In this document: piece after piece, positions 1 through 9,500 of the stretch
Numbering within the stretch: the stretch's first letter is position 1
Layout of the letters: each line of letters opens with the position of its first letter
Assembly: GCA_029555025.1 (NCBI GenBank)
Contig: JAKPTZ010000004.1
Span: 3,373-67,372, forward strand
Length of the DNA: 64,000 bases
DNA from: Deltaproteobacteria bacterium
GTDB taxonomy: Bacteria > Myxococcota_A > UBA9042 > DTJE01
Direction: 5' to 3'
Program-made: the position numbers and the translations under genes
The notes under the pieces: generated by a model
The model's input: only the letters and a program-made list of their open reading frames with translations
The model's database searches: none
What the model was told of the DNA's origin: nothing

Positions 1-18
1 TGGGTAATCTTCAACTGG

Positions 19-1002
19 TCAAACGTCAGCATCAATTGCCCCTGCGTCATGACCGGCCACGCCGGCACCATCAACGGCCGGTCGGAGGATCCGGCACTTC
101 TCAATCAGAACCGGGTGCCAGGAACTCTTGGTCTTCCGCAAACCCTCGACGCCCATGTCCTGTTCCCGGTTCATATATACGACGTCGGGCGGCATAAGGG
201 AAGCAACGCCGCTGCAGATGGCCTGATACGCGCCCCGAACAGCCGCGTCGGCCTTTTCGAAATGAACCGTGGCCATGTCCGAATGGGTTCTGTCGCAGAT
301 GGCCATGCCCGCGAGCGCGCCGTCCACGTCAAGGCCAAAAACTTCCAATCCAAGTGGAACCGCGAATTCGATGGCACGCCGGACAGCGTCCAGTTCAAGC
401 TGCAAGTCGCGATCCCCGGCGTCATCGGCGCGATCGAGGGCCCACTTGTGGACGTAGTCCAGCAGTTCGTGCCGGCGATCGTCAGCGTTCAAGCGTACTA
501 CCCGCCATTGATGATCGCGGGAAAGCGCGGAAATATGATTGCGCTTGTGGGCAAATCGCTTTCCGGGAAGTTCGGCGAGATCCGTGCGCAGATAGATATA
601 ATCGTTGTTATCTGGGTCGGGCAGGGCGGCAAGGCCGTCCGGAACACGACTGCACCCGGGGGAATCCGGCACGTAGTCGATCGCGGGTGGCGAACCGGCA
701 CTGGCAAGCCACTCAAGACATGAATCGACCGCCCGCCTGGAATCGCCGAAACCGACCGGACAGGTGAATCGAAACTGACCGCCGGTCTCGAACCTGATGA
801 CCAGCGTGTCGTTAAGAATCGCCCACACGCTCTTGTTGTAGGACTGCCAGCAATACTGGACGGCGAACGAATACTCGCAAAGGCGCCCACCGCCAGCCTT
901 GAAAAACTTTTCAAGGAAAAGGCGGTCATCAAGTTTGAAATCGTGAAATTCGATTCGGGTCGATGGGCTCGCGGCCCCATGCCCCATGAAGGCAAGGTTC
1001 AT
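19..1002 (-). CDS. DUF2156 / phosphatidylglycerol lysyltransferase C-terminal-like (tandem GNAT) protein
   Basis: Motifs YIYxxxDLAELPGKRFAHKRNH, HFEKA, GAYQAI and YMNREQDMGVEGLRKTK are typical of DUF2156. Confidence 0.85.
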   Translation of the reverse strand: MNLAFMGHGAASPSTRIEFHDFKLDDRLFLEKFFKAGGGRLCEYSFAVQYCWQSYNKSVWAILNDTLVIRFETGGQFRFTCPVGFGDSRRAVDSCLEWLASAGSPPAIDYVPDSPGCSRVPDGLAALPDPDNNDYIYLRTDLAELPGKRFAHKRNHISALSRDHQWRVVRLNADDRRHELLDYVHKWALDRADDAGDRDLQLELDAVRRAIEFAVPLGLEVFGLDVDGALAGMAICDRTHSDMATVHFEKADAAVRGAYQAICSGVASLMPPDVVYMNREQDMGVEGLRKTKSSWHPVLIEKCRILRPAVDGAGVAGHDAGAIDADV

Positions 1003-1008
1003 AAATGG

Positions 1009-1446
1009 TCACCGTGGATTCCCGTCCGGAATCTTCAACAGCATCGGCACATGATCCGGCATCGGCTCGAAGCCAAGCGCCCGGTAAAATGGAACGGTTC
1101 CCGGCGCGGCGACCAGGCCGATCCACCCGAGGCCCCTGCGTCGGCCCTCGGCGGCCAGCAGACTGACAATCCTTCGCCCAAGGCCCAGCCCTCTTGATGA
1201 AGCCTGGACGACAACGTCCTGGATATACCCGTCGCTGGCCCCGTCCGAAATCATCCGTCCCATTCCAATGGTACGCCCCTGACTGTCGATGGCCGCGGCG
1301 ATCAGGAAGGAGCCATCAAGAAGGCGTCGCATGGCTGACGGATCTTCCCCGTCCCGGAACCAGCCGGCCTCGCGCAGCAGGGCAATGTGATCCGCCACGG
1401 GAATTCCGTCAACGATTTCGACCCTGACGTTTGTGACTTCGGGCAT
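1009..1446 (-). CDS. GNAT family N-acetyltransferase
   Basis: IGMGRMISDG, YIQDVVV, acetyl-CoA loop RGLGLG and FYRALGF. Start moved to ATG 1446 (MPEVTN) because the longer ORF overlaps the divergent EF-G gene. Confidence 0.85.
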   Translation of the reverse strand: MPEVTNVRVEIVDGIPVADHIALLREAGWFRDGEDPSAMRRLLDGSFLIAAAIDSQGRTIGMGRMISDGASDGYIQDVVVQASSRGLGLGRRIVSLLAAEGRRRGLGWIGLVAAPGTVPFYRALGFEPMPDHVPMLLKIPDGNPR

Positions 1447-1577
1447 TTCCACGGTTAATCCGGATTCTTTGGCCACGGGAACAATAAGAACAGCACCCGG
1501 CGCCGTCAAGTGACGATCGCAGGCAATTCCGCACCGATTTTCGCGCCTGATAATCAATCCTTTCGTGCGGCTTTGGA

Positions 1578-1606
1578 TTGACACTGCGACCGGAATCGAA
1601 TACAAA
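1578..1606 (+). promoter_or_regulatory. Candidate sigma70 promoter for the EF-G paralog
   Basis: TTGACA-17 nt-TACAAA, about 80 nt upstream of ATG 1685. Confidence 0.45.
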
Positions 1607-1684
1607 ACAGCGCCCGCAAAGTTTGCGCTGGGTGGCCCGGTGTCGCCGGACCTGGTTTTGGCGTCTTTCTGAAGGTATTGAAAT

Positions 1685-3763
1685 ATGAAGATCTTTGAAC
1701 CTGGACAAATCCGCAACGTCGGTCTGTATGGACATCAGGGCTCTGGCAAGACTACGCTGGCTGAAGCGATGGTCTATCTGGGAAAGACTTCCAACAGGCT
1801 TTGCAGCGTCCAGGAAGGCAATTCGAACTTCGACTTTGATTCCGAAGAAATTCGCAAGCGCAGCTCGATTTCCGCCGCTGTCGGATACGCACAGTGGAAC
1901 AAGAAGCTTATTAACATCGTCGATGTCCCCGGCGACACCAATTTCGCCGCCGAATCGGTCATGGCCGTGATGGGCACCGACCTTGCGCTTATCGTGGTCA
2001 GCGCCGTGGACGGCGTGCAGGTTGGAACCGAAAAGGCCATCGAACTGCTTCTTGAAAACGAAATTCCGATGATGGTCGTGGTGACAAAGGTCGATCGCGA
2101 GCGCGCCGACTACGGCAAGATCGTGGCCGACCTTCAGAACCGTTATGGCAACGCCGTCGTTCCGATGGCCCTTCCTACCGGCAATGAATCCAATTTCAAG
2201 GGCATCGTTGACCTGGTCAACAATTGCGCCTTCACGTATGCCGATCCGATGAACGGCGCCAAGGGCGACGTCCCCGCGGCAATGGCTTCCGCCGTTTCCG
2301 ACGCCAGGGAACCCCTGGTTGAAAAGCTTGCCGAACAGGACGACGACCTGATGGAAAAGTATTTCGGCGAAGGCGAGCTTTCGACCGAAGATCTTCGCAC
2401 CGCACTGACGGTCGGGTTCAAGAAGGCCGGCGTCATCCCCGTTCTGCCAGTCAACGCGGCAACGGCCATGGGCGTCGATTTCCTGATGAACGTCATTGCA
2501 GGTCACGGCCCGTCGCCGCTCGACCGCAAGGGCCTGAAGGTTCAGAAGGGCGATGCCACGACCGATCTTGTCATCGATCCCGACGGCAAGTTCATGGCTT
2601 ACGTCTTCAAGAGCATCGTCGATTTGCAGGCCGGCCGCATCAGCGTTTTCCGCGTCGCATCCGGTTCCATCGCCCAGGATGGCCAGTTCGTGAATCTTTC
2701 CACCGGCGCCAAGGAGCGCTTCGGCAGCCTTGTCAAGCTGCTTGGAAAGAAGCAGGAACAGGTTGAAAAGGCGGTATGCGGCGACATCGTCGCCGTCGTG
2801 AAGCTGAAGGAAACCAATTCCGGCCACACGATCGGTGCCGAGGACGGCATGGGTACGCTGGTTCTGCCGCCGCTGCCGACCCCGTGCATTTCGTTCGCAG
2901 TCAAGCCGAAGAACACCAGCGATGAAGACAAGCTTTCGGCAGCAATCCAGAAGATCGTCGAGGAAGACCCGGGGCTGCGCCTGTCCCGCGACGACGAATC
3001 GAAGGAATTCCTTGTCAGCGGACTTGGCCAGGTTCACGTTCAGTCGGCAGTCGATAAGCTGAAGAACAAGTTCAACGTCGATGTCGAACTGAAGCTGCCC
3101 AGGATTCCGTACCGCGAAACGATTCGCGGCGCCGCGAAGAACGTCGAAGGAAAGCATAAGAAGCAGTCCGGCGGTCGTGGCCAGTTCGGCGTCTGCTATA
3201 TCGACATGGGACCGAACGTCCGCGGAAGCGGATTCGAGTTCGAGGATGCAATTTTCGGCGGGTCGATTCCGAAGCAGTTCATTCCGCCGATCAAGAAGGG
3301 CATGGAAGATTGCATGACCCGTGGCGTTGTCGCCGGTTACCCCGTCGTCGATATCAAGGTCAAGCTGATCGACGGAAAGTATCATGACGTCGATTCCGAC
3401 GCCCGTTCGTTCGAAATGGCCGGTTCGCGCGGCTTCAAGGCGGCCTTCAAGCTTTGCACCCCGATCATTCTGGAACCGATCATGGAGCTGACCATCGTCG
3501 TGCCCGAGGAGTATCAGGGCACGGTCATGGGCGACATCAGCAGCCGCCGCGGCAGGATCATGGGTGGCGACGCGGCCAACGGCAAGCAGATTGTCAAGGC
3601 CACGGTTCCGATGTCCGAATGTCAGACCTACGCGTCCGACCTTCGTTCGATGACGTCGGATCGCGGCTCGTTCTCGATGGTGTTTGATCACTACGAGGAA
3701 CTGCCGCCGAACCTGACCGAAAAGCTGATCGCCGAAGCGAAGCTGGAAGAAGACGAAGAATAG
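1685..3763 (+). CDS. fusA: Elongation factor G-like protein (EF-G2 type paralog)
   Basis: 692 aa with five-domain EF-G layout: GHQGSGKT, EEDP, GLGQVH, PYRETI, KKQSGGRGQFG, GKYHDVDS, ILEPIM. Not in an str operon and GTPase motifs diverge. Confidence 0.92.
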   Translation: MKIFEPGQIRNVGLYGHQGSGKTTLAEAMVYLGKTSNRLCSVQEGNSNFDFDSEEIRKRSSISAAVGYAQWNKKLINIVDVPGDTNFAAESVMAVMGTDLALIVVSAVDGVQVGTEKAIELLLENEIPMMVVVTKVDRERADYGKIVADLQNRYGNAVVPMALPTGNESNFKGIVDLVNNCAFTYADPMNGAKGDVPAAMASAVSDAREPLVEKLAEQDDDLMEKYFGEGELSTEDLRTALTVGFKKAGVIPVLPVNAATAMGVDFLMNVIAGHGPSPLDRKGLKVQKGDATTDLVIDPDGKFMAYVFKSIVDLQAGRISVFRVASGSIAQDGQFVNLSTGAKERFGSLVKLLGKKQEQVEKAVCGDIVAVVKLKETNSGHTIGAEDGMGTLVLPPLPTPCISFAVKPKNTSDEDKLSAAIQKIVEEDPGLRLSRDDESKEFLVSGLGQVHVQSAVDKLKNKFNVDVELKLPRIPYRETIRGAAKNVEGKHKKQSGGRGQFGVCYIDMGPNVRGSGFEFEDAIFGGSIPKQFIPPIKKGMEDCMTRGVVAGYPVVDIKVKLIDGKYHDVDSDARSFEMAGSRGFKAAFKLCTPIILEPIMELTIVVPEEYQGTVMGDISSRRGRIMGGDAANGKQIVKATVPMSECQTYASDLRSMTSDRGSFSMVFDHYEELPPNLTEKLIAEAKLEEDEE

Positions 3764-3774
3764 GTCTTCTGGGG

Positions 3775-3802
3775 GCGGGCGAATTTTCATTCGCCCGTAC
3801 GG
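3775..3802. repeat. REP-like palindrome (GGGCGAAT-N4-ATTCGCCC-GTAC) between convergent genes; may also act as terminator
   Basis: gcgggcgaattttcattcgcccgtacgg; same unit recurs near 21.1, 21.3, 23.7 and 33.6 kb. Confidence 0.8.
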
Positions 3803-3823
3803 GGGACGAACCGGTTCGAAGGG

Positions 3824-4756
3824 TCATTCGTCCGCAGGGTGGCCGGGGCCGGTGCCAGCCACGTCTGAAAATTCCCTTTCCCTTTCCTTCAGGTATTGAT
3901 CATCCGGCTTAAGGGCAAGCGCCTCGCGTGCGACTTCCAGGGCCTCGGCGGGTCTGCCGCTGGCGGCAAGCGCATGGGCAAGCGTGTCAAGATATCCGGC
4001 GTTCTTGCGGCAGGTCTGCACGACCGCGCTTTCCGCCAGCTTCAGTGCGCGTCCCGGGTCGCGAAGCCCCAGGTGTGGCGTGGTTGACAGCAGCCATGCC
4101 GCGTTGTTCAGGATGGCCGCGGCCCGCGGGCCGCGGATGTGTCCGATTTCCTTCAGGGCAGCGTCATAGGCCGCCGCAAGTTCCATCGTCAGTCCGACAT
4201 CCTCCGGGGCGGCGAACTGCCTGGACTCGGCCACATCGACCTGACCAATCAAGCGGGTGATTTCCGGGTTCGGTACAAGCGGTTGATCCAGCTTGCGGCC
4301 ATAGCCGCGATTCTTCATGATGGCCTCAGCCCGGACATAGTTGCGGTAATACCACTTCCAGCTTCCCCACCATGCAAGGGCGCCGACGACAATAATGCCC
4401 CCAACGATGAAGACCTTGTAGCGTGCCCAGAACTGACGGAATGTAAGCGTCTGCTTTTCAGGCCGGCGGGCCGATCTGGCCGGCAGGGAATGTTCCGTCA
4501 CGAACCCGTCGGCCGAGCTCAGGACGATGTCGCCCGGCCTTGCGCCGCCGGCGGTGGAATCAACGCCCGCGGGCCTTCTCATCGCCTCGGATGGAGTAAC
4601 CTGCGGAACCCGGCGCCCCGCGACAGTGCTTTCCGGCGGGATCGTGCCGGAATGGCCGCAGGACGGGCAGCAGACCTGGCGTCCCGCCCAGGGTTGGGGA
4701 CATTCCAGCGGCCGCCCGCATTCATCGCATTCAAAAAAGATCCTCTGGTCGTGCAT
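3824..4756 (-). CDS. Zinc-ribbon + single TM + TPR membrane protein
   Basis: N-terminal CDEC...CPSC, hydrophobic VFIVGGIIVVGALAWW, C-terminal TPR-like LNNAAWLL...YLDTLAHALA...ALALKPDD. Confidence 0.75.
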   Translation of the reverse strand: MHDQRIFFECDECGRPLECPQPWAGRQVCCPSCGHSGTIPPESTVAGRRVPQVTPSEAMRRPAGVDSTAGGARPGDIVLSSADGFVTEHSLPARSARRPEKQTLTFRQFWARYKVFIVGGIIVVGALAWWGSWKWYYRNYVRAEAIMKNRGYGRKLDQPLVPNPEITRLIGQVDVAESRQFAAPEDVGLTMELAAAYDAALKEIGHIRGPRAAAILNNAAWLLSTTPHLGLRDPGRALKLAESAVVQTCRKNAGYLDTLAHALAASGRPAEALEVAREALALKPDDQYLKEREREFSDVAGTGPGHPADE

Positions 4757-4760
4757 GCTG

Positions 4761-6386
4761 TTAATGCCGCCCCGGCCCGACCTTGATGCCGGACTCGATG
4801 GTCACCCCGTCAAGCACGAACGGCGGAAGCCCAGTTCTGCCGGCCCGCGGAACACCCACCCGATCACCGGTTTGCAGCGGCGCCCGAGTCCAGTCGCGTC
4901 GGGAAGGCCCCGATCCAGGCGACAGATCCCGTATTCCGCTGTATGCGGCGTCCTGCTTGCTGCACCGGGGATTGCCCTGATAAGGATACCCGAACTCCTT
5001 CAGCACCCGGTCGGCAAGAGCGGGATCCTTTTCCGGGTAAAGGCAAAGCGCCGAATCCAGGAAGTTGAAAAGGTCGGCATCCCGCGGCCAGTCAATACCT
5101 TCAAGAAAGATGTCCGACGAAATGGTTTCGGCCATTTCTTCAAGCGACATCGACGCGTCGGGATCCGGCGTCGTTCCGGAGCCGTCCCAGATCATGTACA
5201 GCGTCCTGGCCACCCAGTTTTCATCAAGCTCCTGGTTGGTGGATTCTTTCACATCGGGGAAGACCATGTACGACTCGCCGCCGGTCGCGGTGTGGTAAAC
5301 GCCCTGGTTGAAATCGACGAAAAACCACGACCCGCCCTGGATGTCCCAATAGACCGGCCACACATCGTCAAACCAGAGCGTCGCGGTGACCAGCGACGTG
5401 AAGGTGGCCCATCCCTCGCTGAAGGCGAACTTGGGAATCAGTTCCTGACCGATGTAGTGATACCCGCCCGGACTGTTGTCCTTGGAATACGAGTCCAGTA
5501 TGTAATGGCCGAATTCGTGAAAGAGAACCGACCACCCCCAGGAAGAAGCGTCGCCCGGCGAATCTACAATGGATATCATGGTCTTCAATCGCGGGCCCTG
5601 GGACGTTCCGATATGGGACTCCTCGAGGCCGTGATAGCAGGTGCACCGGACGTACCAGTCGTCGGCCGGGCCGAAAATGACCGCAAGCGGAATCGCCTGA
5701 CCCGCGATGCCCCCGACAAGGGGGTTCACGATCTGCTGGAATGCCAGCTTGTTCATCATGAAGACGAAGAGGGCGCCGGATCCATCCTCGATGTCGATGG
5801 TAACGGAACCGACGTTTCCGCCGACAGGCACATCGACGTACCAGACGAAAGGATCGAATGTCGCCTTGCCGGGGTCGCGCCCTTCGCTTAAGGAATCAAG
5901 TACCGCCATGACGACCTGGCCGTCAACGGCCCAGACCGTTGAAACAACCAGCTTCTCGCTTCCCGACAGGGGTTCCTGAACGGGAACCGAGAACCTGCCG
6001 TCCGAGCCTTCGACCGATCCGGCCCCAAGAATGTTTCCCTGATCGTCGATGACTGTGACAAGCACGTCGCGTACGGGAACTTCGTCGGGCCCGGAAACGA
6101 CGACGCGGCCCAGGCTGACATCGCCGAACATGTACTCAATGAAAAGGTTGCCGGTCACGTGGTATTTCCCGTCGCCGGTGCACTGGCCTGAAACCGGCTC
6201 GCAGAAAAGCCCGGGATCGCACTCGCCGCAGGAGCCATGACATCCGTCCGTCCCGCAGGAACGGCCGTCGCACTTCGGGGTACACCCGTTGGGCGGCCTG
6301 AAGCGGCCGAGTCCGTCATCGCAGGCAATCACACACGGAAGTGCCGCGCACAGCAGCAATGTCGCAAAGCGGAAATCGTGACGCAT
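4761..6386 (-). CDS. Lipoprotein with Cys-rich module and HExxH zinc metallopeptidase-like domain
   Basis: Signal/lipobox ...VIAC, CTPKCDGRSCGTDGCHGSCGEC, VLFHEFGH and downstream FSEGWA; start at ATG 6386. Confidence 0.7.
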   Translation of the reverse strand: MRHDFRFATLLLCAALPCVIACDDGLGRFRPPNGCTPKCDGRSCGTDGCHGSCGECDPGLFCEPVSGQCTGDGKYHVTGNLFIEYMFGDVSLGRVVVSGPDEVPVRDVLVTVIDDQGNILGAGSVEGSDGRFSVPVQEPLSGSEKLVVSTVWAVDGQVVMAVLDSLSEGRDPGKATFDPFVWYVDVPVGGNVGSVTIDIEDGSGALFVFMMNKLAFQQIVNPLVGGIAGQAIPLAVIFGPADDWYVRCTCYHGLEESHIGTSQGPRLKTMISIVDSPGDASSWGWSVLFHEFGHYILDSYSKDNSPGGYHYIGQELIPKFAFSEGWATFTSLVTATLWFDDVWPVYWDIQGGSWFFVDFNQGVYHTATGGESYMVFPDVKESTNQELDENWVARTLYMIWDGSGTTPDPDASMSLEEMAETISSDIFLEGIDWPRDADLFNFLDSALCLYPEKDPALADRVLKEFGYPYQGNPRCSKQDAAYSGIRDLSPGSGPSRRDWTRAPLQTGDRVGVPRAGRTGLPPFVLDGVTIESGIKVGPGRH

Positions 6387-6550
6387 TGCATCAATCCGTA
6401 ACTTCAAGTAATTTTGAACGAACCGACCGCGATGATATCCCGGGTTCAGTCGTTCAGTCATCAATTATCCCGGTTTTGTAGTAAAATCCCGACCTGTTTT
6501 CGTGCTTGCCCGCCGGATCTGGCGGGATGACGCGCTTTGCGAGGTATCCC

Positions 6551-9500
6551 ATGGACAGTCCACGCCCGGCGATTTCGATCAGGACTTCAAGGTTTGCCAG
6601 CGCATGGGGGCTTGACGCGCTCTCGCCAGCAAGGTTTCCCTGGCCGGTTGACTGGGACTTCAGCGAGCTTTCCGGCGACCAGGTGTCCGAAAGCAGCATC
6701 AGGTTACAGTTCAAGCTTCGGTCCGGAATGCATGCGGTCCGCTTCACGCGTGATTTTTCGCTTGATATCGACATTGCCGACGGCTCGTCGGCATCCGTTG
6801 AACTGGTTACCGGACGGGCGCGGCCGCCTGTTTCCGGTGGGGCCGCGGGCCAGGATCCCGAAGGATCCCCCGGGGCGGCGGGCGACGGCACCGACCAGGC
6901 AGGCTGTTCGGTCGTTGACCTGGTCAGCGTCAGCTTTGACAGTCCCCTGGTTATCCGCAACGTTTTCGGTGCCGTCCGCGGGGCGCACACTCTGTTCGAT
7001 AACATCGAGGTGAAGGAGTTCCTGAACAGGCTGCTTGCGGTCACCGGGCGGTTTGCAGTCGATCTGGAGTCAGCAGCCAGCGCCGCATCGGAGAGGTTCG
7101 TCCTCGTTCGCAAGCTTTTTGACCAGGCGGCCGGCCGCGTCCCGGAAGTCGCCGACATGGCAAGAAAGGGTTTTGACCGCCTTGGAAGCGCCTTCGCGGC
7201 ACGACTTGGCGAGCCGGTCTCGCTGGAGATATCGGCGGTCAGTTTCAGGCTGGCCCCGGCTCCTGACTGGGCTGGATCGGATTGTCCCATTCTTGTTCCT
7301 TCCATTACCGGTTCGTTCGTGCTGTCGCATACCGGCGCCCGGGCCAGATTTGAGGACATCGAGGTTCCATCAATACTTCTGCCGCGGTTCAATTCGAATC
7401 TGACCGACCTTCTGAAGGGCAACGTTATGGTTGGCGGGGCCTTCAAGAAGCAGGCTGTCGGAGTTTCCAACCTCATGCTCGATGTGGCTGGAATGCTTGG
7501 AGCCTTTCAGGGAACCATCGATGCGACGGTCGCCCTGCCGGCCCTGCGCACGTCCTGGCGCCAGGCCGATCGCTCTGATGTTGTCGCCGAACTGTGGACC
7601 GGATCGTCACAGGCGAAGATTCACGCCGCATTCCAGGTTGCGAAAGAGGGTGATGATGCCGTATTCGACGTGTCCCAACTCTCGATCGGCGAGCCGGATT
7701 CCCGGCGCAGTTTCAAGCTTCAGGCCGGGCTGACCGTTTTCGGCCTGTTTCGCGACGGATTGTCCATGCCGACGGCGGTTCGGGGAACATTGCGCCAGAC
7801 AAACAGGGGAAGTCTTCCGGTAACGTATCTTCGTCTGGAAGGCCGGAATCCGCTTCTGAAGTCCGGCAACGCGATGATCATGCGCATCGACGAACTGAAG
7901 ACCGGTGGTCGGGTGGATTTTGGATTTTCCGCCAGTGGCAACCCTGTTTTTGAACTTCCTGATCGGGATTTCGTTCTTCAATCGGTCTTCAGTGTCCCGG
8001 ATCAGTGTTTCGGGCCGGCCGGAACAATTGACCTCTTTGGCGCAATCAGGCGTGGTAATCTGAAGGCCTGCGTGACGGCGGTTCCGGGCTCCGGGTTCGA
8101 CGTGCAGCTTTCCGGCTGTTTCCCGGCGGCTTTCAAGATTCAGACCGACCTTCGCCATGTGCCCGAACTCGATATCGAGCCGGGTCGCCTGGAGATATCC
8201 GGCAGCGGAACCGTGACCGCCGAACTGGGGGTCGGCGTGGCCATGCCCGCAATGAAGGCCTCGGCCATTTCGTTTTCACCTCGCGGCAAGGTTGGGCTGA
8301 CGCTTGCCCACCTGCAGGTTCGTGATCCCCAGCGCAAGGTAAAGGCACTGTCCCCCATAACGATTGGAGGTACGGTCCGTGAAGGCGTGATCGCCGCGGA
8401 TGGAGATGGCGATGTTGGCCTGGATCTTGAGTGGCGTCTTGAGACGCCCAGAATTGAAATCTGTTCGGACCGATGCCGCCAGGTGTCCGATTTGCCGCTG
8501 CGCATGATGACCGGCCGTCAGACGGTGCGGGTCAGTCCGGGCGGCCGAATCAGTCTTGCGGGGAACGAAGGGTCGCTTGTGCGCCCCGATCTTCTGAAGG
8601 CGCTGGCCAGTCCCTTCAACAATGCCGGGACGATTCTGGAACTGCTCGATGACGATGAACTGGTTTACGGTTCACTTGATTCGCTGGCGCAACTAGCGGC
8701 ACTGTTCAACCGTCCGGTGGCGGATCGGCTCGTCGCGGTTCGGGACTGGATTATCGGGGTTCGAAGCCACGCAAGGGCCGTCGGCGTCGCAAAGCCCGGG
8801 GATCTGCTGGACATGGCGGTCCTTTCCAGGCTGGTTTCACGCATCATCGTCGGCGACGAGTCAATTTCTGACGAACTGCGGCCTTTGCTGTCATCCCTTG
8901 GCGACGGCCAGGGTTTCGACGACAAGGCGGCGCGCATGCTGATGATCCGTCACCGCCCGGACATCACCGACACTTACGAATTCGACCTGATTGTTTCCTG
9001 GATAGGGATTCTTACGACCCCGGTCGATCATTACAATCGTGCCGTCCCGGTCAACCTTCCGCCGGTTTCGGATGATCCTTCCGTGGCCGCCGCCATCAGG
9101 GACATACCTGCCGCATCAACCCTTTATAAGTGGTTTTCCGGTGGCGAGCCGGCCCAGGATAAGGTCGAGACGGTCGTCCGCCTGGCCCCGATGATGTTCA
9201 TCGAGCAGCTTGAATACGTGCTTTCCGGGATGAAGGGGACTGCTTTCAACCAGGAACGCGCCATGCTTCAGTACGCCCTGTCCGCCAAGAGGGCCATCAG
9301 CAGGGCGGTCAACCCCGGCGAACTCGCGAACATGTACATCGTCCCACGCGCCTCCGTCATTGCCGGATTCCTTGGCGACATAATAGGGCCGATCCCGGGT
9401 ATTGACGGCCCGGGGGCTGAAGTACCACCACCGGCGCCGCTTGGCCCCCGAGACATCGCCGAAATCCTGGAAATCGGCCTCGGTTCGCAGGTTCAGGGCG

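Noticed and set aside
1409-3790. 793-aa minus-strand ORF
   Set aside because: Antisense shadow of the EF-G gene caused by high-GC codon bias; no motifs.
4527-5891. 454-aa plus-strand ORF
   Set aside because: Overlaps two better-supported minus-strand genes; no motifs.
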